From assembly GCA_965206595.1 (NCBI GenBank), contig OZ242214.1, forward strand, positions 4,160,001 through 4,224,000: DNA of 64,000 bases, given 5' to 3'. This document shows positions 18,665-30,541 of the stretch, piece after piece. The position numbers were made by a program, and so were the translations under genes. The stretch comes from Candidatus Latescibacterota bacterium (GTDB lineage Bacteria; Latescibacterota; UBA2968; UBA8231). Every line of letters begins with the position of its first letter. Within the stretch, counting starts at the first letter, position 1. Below the pieces are notes generated by a model. It saw nothing but the letters and a program-made list of their open reading frames with translations. It was not told the DNA's origin and searched no databases.

Positions 18665-19702
18665 ATGACACCAGCGACAACACGCGAGCAGATACGGGCA
18701 AACCTGGCGGAAATCCCCCGCATCAGGTGGTCGCACATCCCGACGCCGCTGGAAGAGTGGAAAAGGCTGCGGAGCAGGATCGGCTGCCCGCGCCTGCTGG
18801 TGAAGCGGGACGATACCACCGGGCTGGCCTACGGAGGCAACAAGTCGCGGCACTTCGAGTTCGAGATGGCGCACGTGAGGGGCCAGGGCTTCGACACCCT
18901 GATCTGCATAAACAACTTCCACTCCAACCACGCCAGGGTCGCTGCCGCGGCATGCGTCAGGGCCGGGATCCGCTACATTCTCGTATCCGTGGGGGAGACG
19001 GAGCGCCCGCTGCAGGGGAACCTCCTGCTGGTCAAGCTGATGGGAGGGGAGATCCACCGCCTTTCCGCCGGGGAGGATTCCTCGGCCTGTGCCAAAGCCA
19101 TTGCCGCCAGGGTGCGGGGCCAGGGAGGGAATCCCTACATCCTCAACGAGGACTGGTTTCCCCAGATCATCGGGACCATCGGCTTCGTCGAGGCAGGCCT
19201 CGAGCTGATGTCCCAGCTCGCCGCGTACGGTGTCGAGCGGATTCACGTCTGGGGGCTGGTCGGCGCTTCCCTGCCGGGACTGGGTCTGCTGGCGAAGAAC
19301 CTCGGGCTCGACTGGAAAGTCTCGATGGTTCTCTACAGCCCCGGCAACGTCGACGAGGTCCGCGAGGGGATGGTGAACCGGTGCAGGCAGGCCGCGGAGT
19401 TCATGAAGCTGCCGCTTCCACTCGACCCCGAAGACGTCGAGATCGTCGACGGCTTCTCCGGACCGGCGTATGCCGCTCCGACCGATGCTGCCTTCGAGGC
19501 GATCCACCTCGTGGCCCGGACCGAGGCGGTGATCCTCGATCCCAACTACACCGGGAAGTCGATGTCGGCGCTGATCCACCGCATCAGGTCGGGTGGGTTC
19601 GCAGAAGATCGGACGCTCCTCTTCCTGCACTCGGGAGGCCTGCCGCAGGTGTTCGCCTTCAACGAGGAGCTGGCAGCCTGGAGTGGCCCGGGGGTGGACT
19701 AG
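18665..19702 (+). CDS. D-cysteine desulfhydrase / ACC deaminase family PLP enzyme
   Basis: PTPL, KRDD.TG...GGNK.R, SNHAR, LDP.YTGK and LFLHSGG. Confidence 0.85.
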   Translation: MTPATTREQIRANLAEIPRIRWSHIPTPLEEWKRLRSRIGCPRLLVKRDDTTGLAYGGNKSRHFEFEMAHVRGQGFDTLICINNFHSNHARVAAAACVRAGIRYILVSVGETERPLQGNLLLVKLMGGEIHRLSAGEDSSACAKAIAARVRGQGGNPYILNEDWFPQIIGTIGFVEAGLELMSQLAAYGVERIHVWGLVGASLPGLGLLAKNLGLDWKVSMVLYSPGNVDEVREGMVNRCRQAAEFMKLPLPLDPEDVEIVDGFSGPAYAAPTDAAFEAIHLVARTEAVILDPNYTGKSMSALIHRIRSGGFAEDRTLLFLHSGGLPQVFAFNEELAAWSGPGVD

Positions 19703-19936
19703 GTTCGGCTGTCGAGGAAGACGCCGGGCGTCCGGGGCAATCAATGGCTGGAGCCGTGATATCGTGGTCGCTTCGGCCGGATCGCGTGGGCCCCCTTGCC
19801 GCAAGTCATCGGCAAGTGAGGCAGGTGAAACCAACGCCGCCGCCGCCCCTACCCGGTTGAGGGCTGAGCGGCTGAGGACCCTGTCAAGGCAGTCAGAAAA
19901 TTCTGCAGTCAGAAGCGAACTCGCCTGAATGACCGA

Positions 19937-21892
<1,956 letters not shown>

Positions 21893-22051
21893 CCGCTGTC
21901 TCCTCTACGGGTCAACGCGATACCGATCGGTTGCCGTGGAACCGCAGCGTTTCTCGCGCCGGCAGTACCGAGCCGCTAGGTCTCAGGCGCGGCACGATCC
22001 TTGCGAATTGCGAACTGTCGAGCCCAGCAATACTCGCGAAAGGGTATTGTC

Positions 22052-22261
22052 ATGTCCGAAGATCTCACCACCCGGGACGTATTCCAGCAGGTCGACAGCC
22101 GCCTCACCCGCGTCGAGGAGGACCTGCGGCAGCTGCGAGCCGATACCAATGCCGGATTCGGCCGCTTCGACCTGCGCATGGATCAACTGCAGTGGCGGAT
22201 GGTCGGTCTTTTTGTCGTCACCTGGATCACCGTGGTCGGCTCCATCTGGTTGAAGCAGTAG
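22052..22261 (+). CDS. Small coiled-coil protein with a C-terminal transmembrane anchor (DUF1640-like)
   Basis: MSEDLTTRDVFQQVDSRLTRVEEDLRQLR... heptads followed by hydrophobic WRMVGLFVVTWITVVGSIWL. Confidence 0.65.
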   Translation: MSEDLTTRDVFQQVDSRLTRVEEDLRQLRADTNAGFGRFDLRMDQLQWRMVGLFVVTWITVVGSIWLKQ

Positions 22262-22262
22262 C

Positions 22263-23006
22263 TTACAGGTCCGGCGGTCTGCGGAAGTACTCCTCCACCT
22301 TCTCTCCGACCTCGTACCCGAGAATACGCCGCGCCTTGTCAACGGGATACTTCCCGTGCTCGAGGTAGCTGTTGAGGTTGAACCACTGGTAGTGGTCCTC
22401 CAGTTCTTCGACCTCGAAAGCGAGGCGGCAGGCGTTTACGAGATCTTCCCACACGATGGTGAAGGGGGGATGGGCGGCCCGTTCGCGGGGCTCCTGCGGC
22501 TTGGGCCCCAACCCGTTGAACAGGAACCAGACAGTGTCGATGCCGTACTGCCGCGCGTACGCCCGGGAGATCTCCATGCCGAGGAACTTCGTCACGCAGT
22601 AGTGTCCGGTCCCCGGAGCCGGGGGCACGTCGCCGACGCGGAAGTCGTGGTCGTACCATTGGCGCACCAGTTGCGGGCCGGTGTGCAGGACGCGCCGGAT
22701 GCCGTGCTCGACCAGGGCGCGGCTGATGTTCTCGACGCCGCGGGTGTTCACCTCCCAGCTCAGAACCGGATCGTCGCGCACGACGCACAAGTTGAAAACC
22801 GCGTCCTGTCCCTCGCAGGCGCGGCTCACCGCTTCGGGGTCGCGGATGTCGACAGTGACTACCGGGTGACCCTCCGGATGCGGGACGACGTCGGTCAGGG
22901 TCAGCTCGTACTCCTCCGACAGGCCCGGCGTGATGAAGGGGCCGATGTTGCCGCACGCGCCGAAGACGACGACTCGTTTCACCTTTCTCCTGGATGAGGC
23001 GGTCAT
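22263..23006 (-). CDS. NAD-dependent epimerase/dehydratase (uronate dehydrogenase-like)
   Basis: VFGACGNIG, VN..G..N and catalytic YCVTK. True start is likely ATG 23006. Confidence 0.85.
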   Translation of the reverse strand: MTASSRRKVKRVVVFGACGNIGPFITPGLSEEYELTLTDVVPHPEGHPVVTVDIRDPEAVSRACEGQDAVFNLCVVRDDPVLSWEVNTRGVENISRALVEHGIRRVLHTGPQLVRQWYDHDFRVGDVPPAPGTGHYCVTKFLGMEISRAYARQYGIDTVWFLFNGLGPKPQEPRERAAHPPFTIVWEDLVNACRLAFEVEELEDHYQWFNLNSYLEHGKYPVDKARRILGYEVGEKVEEYFRRPPDL

Positions 23007-23737
23007 CGTCCACCCCCTTTCCAAGCCGCGGCAAAGTCGTGCTCGAACCCTTCCCGGATCGCCGCGTCGACCAGGAAACGCGGGGTGGGGGGATCGGCGC
23101 ATACGTGCAGGACCTGCCAGCGTCTCACCCAGTTGAGTTCGCCGCTGGAGTTGCGGGCAAGGGCGGTGCGCACCGCCCTTGCCGCATCCCGCGGGTCGAG
23201 CCAACCGGGGTCGGGGGCCGCGGCATCGGCATCCTTCTCGAAAGTCAGCGTACCCAGACGCAGGGAGGTGCCGGTGATGGCGTGATCGCGGGTGAACTCG
23301 CGCACGGTGAGCTCGGCGAGGTAGCGCCACATGGTCTCCCCGGAAGCCGGCGGAAACGGCTCGTGCATTTCGGTGATGTAGACGTTCCCGGGATAGCTTT
23401 CGAACAGGTCGAGGGTGCCGCAGTACACGAAGCGCCCGGCGCCGGCGGCGACCGCGGCCGCCATCAGGTCGTAGGTTCCTCGGGTGTACCAGTCGAGTTT
23501 TCCGGAATCGTCGGGGGGCGGTGTCAGCGGCAGCTCCCCGGTATGGACGACGGCGTCGATCCCGGCCATTGCCGGTTCCAGGCTGGCGGGGGCCAAGTGA
23601 TCGGCGCCTACGCATTCGCAGCCGGCAGGCGGGAGGAAGGCCTCGCTCTCCAGCAGGCGCAGATCGCCCGCGCCGGCCAGCCCGTCGACGAGGGCACGCC
23701 CAAGCGCACTCCGCGCCGAGGTGATGAGAATTTTCAC
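23003..23737 (-). CDS. NAD-dependent epimerase-family protein with degenerate motifs
   Basis: GTG start after GGAGGAGG; KILITSARSALG, GIDAVVH, GTY.L..AA and LRLG; no YxxxK. Confidence 0.75.
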   Translation of the reverse strand: MKILITSARSALGRALVDGLAGAGDLRLLESEAFLPPAGCECVGADHLAPASLEPAMAGIDAVVHTGELPLTPPPDDSGKLDWYTRGTYDLMAAAVAAGAGRFVYCGTLDLFESYPGNVYITEMHEPFPPASGETMWRYLAELTVREFTRDHAITGTSLRLGTLTFEKDADAAAPDPGWLDPRDAARAVRTALARNSSGELNWVRRWQVLHVCADPPTPRFLVDAAIREGFEHDFAAAWKGGGR

Positions 23738-24041
23738 GATCCTCCTCCAGTGGTTTGTGAGACGGCAGTTGATCCGGCATTGCGCATTCCCTGCCCGAAC
23801 GGCTGGCTTGTCTCCTGCCCGCGCGGTGATGAAAACAGCGGCAGTGGGTCGACCGGGTGCCAGACAGTCGTGGTTCATTGGCGTAGCCCGGCCCCGGTAG
23901 CCGCCACCATCCAGGAGCGGGCGATGCGGTTTCCCTCGCCAGCGCCGGGTGCCGGTAGCTTTCGGGGATGGCCCTGGGTCGTGATGGGTCCCTAACGTTC
24001 CCGGTGTGGATCAGGACTCGTCTTCAGAACCGTTCCTCCGG

Positions 24042-25775
24042 CTAACCGCCGCCTTCGACGACGACGACGGTGCGGTTGGCCTCGACCCCGGTCAACCGGT
24101 CTTTCAGACCGCTCGGCCACTCCACCTCGACCTCATCCACCACTTCCCGCTCTCCCAGTCCGAAGCTGACGCGCAGGTCGCTGTGAGCGAGGTAGCTGTA
24201 GCTGCCCCTTACCTCCCGGGTCAGGCGCAGATCTCCTGCGGCGATCCTGACGCGGGCGCCGATTCCGTCGCGGTTGCTGTCGCGGCCGACGGCCTTCACC
24301 CGGAGCCAGTTGTTGCGGCTGCCGAGGTCGTTGCGCAGCAGGTTGGGCGGCTGCCCGACGTTGCCGACGAGGAGGTCGACGTCCCCGTCTTCGTCGAAAT
24401 CCCCGAAGGCAGTGCCGCGGCTGACCATCGGCGCCGTGACACCTTCTCCCGCCGCGGTCGAGACATCTTTGAAACGGACCTGTCCCCGGGGATCCGGGCC
24501 CAGGTTGCGGAGCAGCTGATTTGCCTGACCGTACGATCGCGAGCGGTCGAAGCGGGTGATGTTGTCGAGGACGTGGCCGTTGGCGATGAACAGGTCGAGG
24601 AAGCCATCGTTGTCGTAGTCGAGGAAGCCGAGTCCGAACGAAAGCGGCCGCAGGGTCGGAAGCCCGATCCCGGCCGGGTAGGAGAAATGCAGGAAGGTGC
24701 CGCTCCCGAGGTTGCGGTACAGGCTGGACGGTTCCTGTTCAAAGTTGGTGACCACCAGATCGACCGAGCCGTCGCTATCGAAATCTCCGGCATCGACCCC
24801 CATTCCGGCCTCGCGCTGTCCGTCGAGGCCGTACGCCACCCCGGCGAGGCCGGCGACGTCCTCGAAGGAGCCGTCGCCCCGGTTGCGGTAGAGGAAGTTG
24901 CGCGAGCCGTCGTTGGCGACGTAGAGATCGGGCCAGCCGTCGCGGTCGTAGTCGACGGCGACGACGCCGAGCCCGCGGCCTTCGATGGAGATGGTATCGA
25001 CCATGCCGGCTTGGCTGGTGACGTCAGCGAAGGCCCCTTCCGGATCGTTGCGCAGCAGGCGATCCTCGGCCCCGGGAAACTGTCCTGGGTCTGGATAGGC
25101 GCTGATCCTGGTGCCGGCGCCCCGAGGCCGCTTTTCCGTCGACTTCAGGTAAGGGTCGAGATCTTCATCGACGGAGGCGAAATCGAAGTGCACGTAGTTG
25201 GTGATGTAGAGGTCGAGGTCCCCGTCCTTGTCGTAGTCGAAGAAAGCGCAGCCGGCGCCCCAGGCGGTGTCTCCGAGGGCGGACTCGGCGGTGACGCCGG
25301 TAAATCCAGGGCCGTTGTTCCGGAACATGGCGTTGGCGCCGAAGTTCGTCACGTAGAGATCGAGGCGGCCGTCGTTGTCGTAATCGGCGGCGGCGCAGCC
25401 CATGCCGTAGCCCCCCGGATCTTCAGCCCCTGCTGCGGCTGCCATCTCGGTGAAGCGGCCCCCCTCGTTGCGGTAGAGGGCGTTGGCCGGCTCGGAGGGA
25501 TCGCTGTATCCGGGAAGCGGCGCCCCGTTGGGGAAGTAGATGTCGAGGTCGCCGTCACCGTCGAAATCGAGGAAGGCGACTCCACCTCCCATGGTTTCGG
25601 GGAAGTACCGGCGCCCGCTGGCCCCGGTCTGATGCACGAACTCGATGCCGGCCGCGGCGGTGACGTCGGCGAAGATGGGGGAGGTGACGGGAGTTCCCAC
25701 AGGCTCCTGTTCGCCGCCGGCCGGGTTCTGCAGCATGGCGACTGTGAGGAGCAGGGGAAGAGCGGGTGGTTTCAA
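24042..25775 (-). CDS. CRTAC1 / ASPIC-UnbV family FG-GAP repeat protein
   Basis: Repeated D(F/Y)D.DG.LD.Y motifs and the C-terminal SNRDGIGARV...SY......FGLG...WPSG domain. Start approximate. Confidence 0.9.
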   Translation of the reverse strand: MKPPALPLLLTVAMLQNPAGGEQEPVGTPVTSPIFADVTAAAGIEFVHQTGASGRRYFPETMGGGVAFLDFDGDGDLDIYFPNGAPLPGYSDPSEPANALYRNEGGRFTEMAAAAGAEDPGGYGMGCAAADYDNDGRLDLYVTNFGANAMFRNNGPGFTGVTAESALGDTAWGAGCAFFDYDKDGDLDLYITNYVHFDFASVDEDLDPYLKSTEKRPRGAGTRISAYPDPGQFPGAEDRLLRNDPEGAFADVTSQAGMVDTISIEGRGLGVVAVDYDRDGWPDLYVANDGSRNFLYRNRGDGSFEDVAGLAGVAYGLDGQREAGMGVDAGDFDSDGSVDLVVTNFEQEPSSLYRNLGSGTFLHFSYPAGIGLPTLRPLSFGLGFLDYDNDGFLDLFIANGHVLDNITRFDRSRSYGQANQLLRNLGPDPRGQVRFKDVSTAAGEGVTAPMVSRGTAFGDFDEDGDVDLLVGNVGQPPNLLRNDLGSRNNWLRVKAVGRDSNRDGIGARVRIAAGDLRLTREVRGSYSYLAHSDLRVSFGLGEREVVDEVEVEWPSGLKDRLTGVEANRTVVVVEGGG

Positions 25776-25809
25776 CGCCGGGGCTGGCGCGAGAAGGAGA
25801 TGGAAGGAG

Positions 25810-27519
25810 CTATACCGCCCTGTGTGCAGCCAGTTTCTCGATGTTTTCTGCGTCCACGCGGACCCTGTCCTCGTTCTCGTAGCGCAGTTCGAGCAGGAAC
25901 CCGTAGAAAGCCCGGTCCGCCTTGTCCCGCCGGACCAGGGCGCGCGCTCTCCGTTCGACCTTGGCGAAGGGTTCCGGGCCGGCACCGATGGTCGAGTCGA
26001 GGAGCTCGAAGATGGAGTAGTGGGGCCCGGCTGCCGACGCCGGATCCGTTTTCAGCAGGTTGGAGGCGGGAACGGTCAGCTCTACCGGACCCAGAAGATC
26101 CCCGACTTCAGCCCCCCTGGCCGCCTCCAGAGCCGGTCCGTACTGGCCTGTTTCGAAGGGGTGGATGTGGAACTCCCCCTTGCTGATCCGGCCCTGTCGG
26201 CGCAGGGTGTGCCGCGCCGCGAGCTCTCCCATGTCCGCCCCCTGTCTGATCTGGCCGAGAAGTGCCTCGGCCTCGGATTCGTCCGCAACCAGGATTTCGC
26301 GAATGGTAACCGACTCCAGGGGAGTGAACTTTATCGGATTCTGCTCGTAGTAGCGCCGCGCCTCGGACTCGTCGACGAGAACGTTGGCTGTCGCTTCCCG
26401 CCTCACCGCCTGCAGCAGCAGCGACTGCTCGCGGCTCTGGTACCACGACACCATCTCCTCCTCGCGGTCGATCCCGGCGACCCGCGCCGCCTCGAGAATC
26501 AGCAGGCGGGGTTCGACCACCTCCTTTGCGAACCAGTCGAGGATCCGGCGCGAATCGCCGTACCCCATCTTGATATATTCGGAAAAAACCAGGAAATCCC
26601 CGACGGTGTAGGCCCCTCCGGTGTTCTCGAACAGCACGGTTTGCCGCTCCTCATCGGTGACCCGTTGCCCGGCGAACAGCCGTTCCGCGAGGAGATCGAG
26701 GGCGGCCTCGTTGGTCCGCGCCTCGAGTTTCTGTTTCAGCTCGGCGGCCAGCTCGTTCATTCGGACAGGGATCTTCAGGCCGAACAGCTCCGGTTCGATC
26801 AACGGGCGCACGAACTCGAACTCGATATCGCGCTCCTCGGTAACCTGGTAGACCCCGTACTGATCGCCGTAGAACACCGGGCCGGAGATCTCGCCCGCTT
26901 TCAGGGGCCAGATGGCCTCCTGCAGGATGTCCGGCTTGAGCTCGTCCTTGAGAAGCATCCTGCCGCCGAACAGGTCGGTTTTTTCGAGGATGGTGCGGGC
27001 CGCCAGCTCGTCGAAATCCGCGCCCTGGCGCCAGGCGGCTGCGACCTCCTCCGCCTCTCCTTCGGTGCGCAGGACGATGCGCCGTACCCGGACTGCCCGG
27101 TCCCGCTCGGTCTCTTTCTGCAGCTCCCGGAGTTCCTCGTCGGTGTACTCGATCTTGTCGTACACCTCGATCTTCAGAAACCGTTTGATGATGCGGTCCG
27201 CCCTTTCCTTGGACAGCTTGCCGCGCAGTTGCGGATCCTGGTCGAGGCCGAGACGGCGCGCCTCCTGCAGCATCAGCTCCTTGTCGATCAAGGTCTGCAA
27301 ATAGTCGAGGTACCCGTCGGGCCCCGGCTTTTCGCTCAGGCGGTCTCCGCTCAGGCGGCTCTCGAAATCCAGCAGCTCGGCGGCCGTTATCTCCTCATCG
27401 CCGACGGTGGCGAGCACCATCTGTTCGTCGATGCCGCCGCAACCCGAAAGGGAGGCGCACAGCAGTCCCCCGAGGAGGCTCTGACGAATGAGGGTCCGTT
27501 TTTCCGCGGAGCTTTTCAA
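25810..27519 (-). CDS. Parvulin-type peptidyl-prolyl isomerase lipoprotein (SurA/PrsA-like, two rotamase domains)
   Basis: Lipobox LSGC; LATVG.E.IT, LID.EL..QEA...GLD, two 'I.V..E.EA......G.D..ELA...' modules and GEISGPV. Start approximate. Confidence 0.8.
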   Translation of the reverse strand: MKSSAEKRTLIRQSLLGGLLCASLSGCGGIDEQMVLATVGDEEITAAELLDFESRLSGDRLSEKPGPDGYLDYLQTLIDKELMLQEARRLGLDQDPQLRGKLSKERADRIIKRFLKIEVYDKIEYTDEELRELQKETERDRAVRVRRIVLRTEGEAEEVAAAWRQGADFDELAARTILEKTDLFGGRMLLKDELKPDILQEAIWPLKAGEISGPVFYGDQYGVYQVTEERDIEFEFVRPLIEPELFGLKIPVRMNELAAELKQKLEARTNEAALDLLAERLFAGQRVTDEERQTVLFENTGGAYTVGDFLVFSEYIKMGYGDSRRILDWFAKEVVEPRLLILEAARVAGIDREEEMVSWYQSREQSLLLQAVRREATANVLVDESEARRYYEQNPIKFTPLESVTIREILVADESEAEALLGQIRQGADMGELAARHTLRRQGRISKGEFHIHPFETGQYGPALEAARGAEVGDLLGPVELTVPASNLLKTDPASAAGPHYSIFELLDSTIGAGPEPFAKVERRARALVRRDKADRAFYGFLLELRYENEDRVRVDAENIEKLAAHRAV

Positions 27520-27642
27520 AGTTGTACAGGGGCCTGACTCAGAGGCGGATTGACGGAGAGCGGACCGCGGGGGCGGATGCATCGGCGCGAAGAAGCGCCA
27601 TGTGCAGGAGAGGGTGCGAGCGAGACGGAACACACCAGCGGC

Positions 27643-30525
27643 TCAGTAGCGCGACCCGAGGCCGGCCTGGATGCTGATGAAGGTCAGGGCGTTGGTGTCG
27701 ATTCCGTGGTCATCCCCGAACTGCTCGATCCTCCTCCTGTCGACGCGCAGTCCCACCTGCATCATCAGGCTGTACCCGGCATAGGGAGCGGTGTTCGACA
27801 GCTGCACGCCAAGAGAGGTCTCGTCGAAATCCCCTGTGGGGGCCCCGTCGGCGGGACCCTCGACAGGATCCTCGTCGGCGAGGAGGTCGCGGAAAATGAA
27901 CCGCTCGAAGCCGATCTCGATCCTCGAACGCTTCATGAAGGGGATCCTCGCCATCAGCGAAACCAGTCCGCTCCAGTCGCGGCGTTCGGCCCCGGGAACG
28001 CCGACAAAGCGTTCGACGAGATAGGGGGTGTCATCCATGTAGAGTTCCTGCTTCAGGCGAGGACGCAGGTCGATGCGCCCTATCTCGACGGGGCGCTCGG
28101 CCTTGGCGACGAGACCGAAGCGGCGCGTCGTCCGCTCAACCGGCCCACCGCTGCGGTCGAGGGCGTCCTTGTTCCGCTGCCGCAGCAGCAGCCACGTCAT
28201 CTTGGTCTCGGCGTTCCAACTGGTGTTCCGCAGCCGTTCGAGACCCAGCCACAGCCGGTTGACGATCGCGTTCCGCATGCCGAGGGGATCGGCGATCTGC
28301 TGCATGAGTCCCGGCGACAGCGACGCCGTTCCCAGCACCGGCCGCCGCTGCACCCACTGGATCAGATCGTCGGGGATGTCGTCCCTGGCCACCTTGAACA
28401 GGTCGTAGAGGGTGACGGTGCCGAGCATGGGAAAGCTCTGTTCGAATGCCAGCAGCCCGTAGGCGGTGCGATTGCGCTCACCCGTCGACAGCCGGCGCAC
28501 ACGCTCGATGCCGGCGGTGAATCTCGCCTCGGGGATGATCGCGGTCCCGAGGTAGGTGTTGAACCCTCGGTGGCCGCGCTTGTACGGATAGTCCGGCTCG
28601 TCGTCGTTCTCGAAGCGGTCGCCCCAGCCGTTGTTGTTGAGGTCGAGGGCGAACAGGTACTCGGGCCGGTCGACGCTGTAGCGCAGGAACGGCTCCTCGT
28701 AGTCGGGGATGAAGTTCGGCCGGATCGGCAGGTGGTTCTGGTTGAAGTCCGGAATGAAATCGTTGTTCTCGTCGAGTCCCGGGAACACCGCCTCGTCGAT
28801 AGCGCCGAGAAGGGGCTGCGCGCCAGGGGGGCGCTCCTCCCCTACGCGGCCGTCGTCGAAACGGCGTTGCTGGTCGTTCTTGCGGTCGTTGTCGTCGTTG
28901 TCGTCGACGAAGTCGTAAACATGGCGCCCCCGCGCCTCTTCGGTATCTGCGTAGTTGACCTTGCCGAAGGTGTCGACGAAACGGGGGCTGGTGTCGTACT
29001 CGGCGTCCATTCCGAACGCCTCGGCGAAGAAATCGAAGGGGTGGAAGGACCTGCTGAGGTTGGCCATCCACCCCACCGCGGCGCGCTTTCCCTTGATCCC
29101 CGAGGTGGTGGAGTGCTTCTCATGCCGGCGGTTGGGATACTGGATGAACCGGTGGTTGACGTTCGCTTCCGCGTAGGCCCTGAAACCGGCGATGTCGTCG
29201 GCTTGCAGGGTCGCTCCGAACACCTGGGTCGCAGTCGGCAACCCGTAGTCGAACACGACCGTGCGGCGGTTGGAGTTGTCCGTGACGTTCCCTTCGGCCC
29301 GGGCAACGGTGCGGAACTGAGGGGTGGCTCCGCGCGGATCGTTGTCGGTCTGGATGTCCGAGGTCATCTCGACCTTGTAGTCGTTGCTCAGGATCATGCG
29401 CAGGCGCACCGCGTGGATGCTCTCCACCAGCTCGGCGTCGGGGATCAGCTCCTCGAGATCCGGTACGTCGGGATTCTGGTCGGAGAAGACGTACTCGATC
29501 AGGATGCGGCCGTCCTCGCCGCGGCCCTCGGCAACCCGGAAGCCGTCACGCACGACGCCCCCCTCAATGGTCGGGAGAAAGCCGATTTCGCTGCCGACCA
29601 GAACGGTGTCGATATCCCCCGACTTCGCCGCGATCTCGATGTCGGTGGAAAAGAGGATGGGGCCGTTCTCGAAGTCCCCCGGAGAATCATCGGAAATCCG
29701 CAGGATGATGCGGTTTATCCGGCTCTCGAGCTGTCCGGTGGTCAGGCTGCCGGCGAACGGGTTCTGCTGAAACCGCTCCGAGGTGATGCGGCCGTTGTGG
29801 GCGTTGACGAAGGTGCCGCCTATGCGCACCCCGTCGCCGACCGTAAGCTCCGTCCGTCCTCCTATCAAGTTGGTGAAGTTGTTGACGAAGGAGGGAGTGG
29901 CGGCCTGCCCTCCGCCGATCACGGGGGTGTTGATTCTCGACATGATCACCGTGGCGGCAACCCGGTCCGAGGCGTAATCGGCCATGATCCCGTTGAAGCG
30001 GGTCTTGCGGAAGGTCATCGGGGTCAGGGTCGCCCGCAGTTCGTTTCCGATCGCTATGGAGATGTGGTGCTGCCCCTTGGCGTCGCGGCCGAGAACGAGG
30101 TTGCCGAACATCGAGCCGTACTGTCCGGTCTTGAATATTCCCGAACCGTTGGAGACGGCGGGCTGGACCTGCCGCCAGTCGTATACCAGCCAACCCCTGG
30201 TCAGGAAGCGGCCGTACAGGTCATAGAAGTAGGCCCCCTCGAGCTGGGGGCTGAGATAGCGGAGATAGCGTTCGCGGGCGTAGTTGGTGTACTCCCACTG
30301 GCGGTAGTACTGGCTCGACAGCTCCTGGGGCAGGTGCCACTTCTGCAGCGAGGGGGAGATCGCCTCCATGCGCAGGGGAGTGCCGCTGCTGAAGTAGACG
30401 GTGCGCCCCTCTTCGCGGCGCCCCAGGCGGCTGCCGTAATCCTCCTGGGCAGCCACGCCGGCGGCTGCCAGGACGGCGGCGGCGATGGCCGCCCGCCTCA
30501 TCGCGGCATTCTTCATCGGCGCCAT
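27643..30525 (-). CDS. Large exported hypothetical protein (960 aa) with Asp-rich Ca-binding-like motifs; probable outer-membrane barrel
   Basis: Signal peptide; DDNDDNDR, DENNDF..DFNQN and DLNNNGW.DRFENDD; amphipathic C-terminal strands ending FISIQAGLGSRY. Confidence 0.75.
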   Translation of the reverse strand: MAPMKNAAMRRAAIAAAVLAAAGVAAQEDYGSRLGRREEGRTVYFSSGTPLRMEAISPSLQKWHLPQELSSQYYRQWEYTNYARERYLRYLSPQLEGAYFYDLYGRFLTRGWLVYDWRQVQPAVSNGSGIFKTGQYGSMFGNLVLGRDAKGQHHISIAIGNELRATLTPMTFRKTRFNGIMADYASDRVAATVIMSRINTPVIGGGQAATPSFVNNFTNLIGGRTELTVGDGVRIGGTFVNAHNGRITSERFQQNPFAGSLTTGQLESRINRIILRISDDSPGDFENGPILFSTDIEIAAKSGDIDTVLVGSEIGFLPTIEGGVVRDGFRVAEGRGEDGRILIEYVFSDQNPDVPDLEELIPDAELVESIHAVRLRMILSNDYKVEMTSDIQTDNDPRGATPQFRTVARAEGNVTDNSNRRTVVFDYGLPTATQVFGATLQADDIAGFRAYAEANVNHRFIQYPNRRHEKHSTTSGIKGKRAAVGWMANLSRSFHPFDFFAEAFGMDAEYDTSPRFVDTFGKVNYADTEEARGRHVYDFVDDNDDNDRKNDQQRRFDDGRVGEERPPGAQPLLGAIDEAVFPGLDENNDFIPDFNQNHLPIRPNFIPDYEEPFLRYSVDRPEYLFALDLNNNGWGDRFENDDEPDYPYKRGHRGFNTYLGTAIIPEARFTAGIERVRRLSTGERNRTAYGLLAFEQSFPMLGTVTLYDLFKVARDDIPDDLIQWVQRRPVLGTASLSPGLMQQIADPLGMRNAIVNRLWLGLERLRNTSWNAETKMTWLLLRQRNKDALDRSGGPVERTTRRFGLVAKAERPVEIGRIDLRPRLKQELYMDDTPYLVERFVGVPGAERRDWSGLVSLMARIPFMKRSRIEIGFERFIFRDLLADEDPVEGPADGAPTGDFDETSLGVQLSNTAPYAGYSLMMQVGLRVDRRRIEQFGDDHGIDTNALTFISIQAGLGSRY

Positions 30526-30541
30526 TGCCCTCTCGTCCCCG

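Noticed and set aside
22028-22049. Hairpin CAATAC...GTATTG over the ribosome-binding region of the small membrane-anchored gene (type I toxin-like control)
   Set aside because: The stem is short, no antisense RNA is evident, and the protein looks like a common coiled-coil membrane-anchored family.
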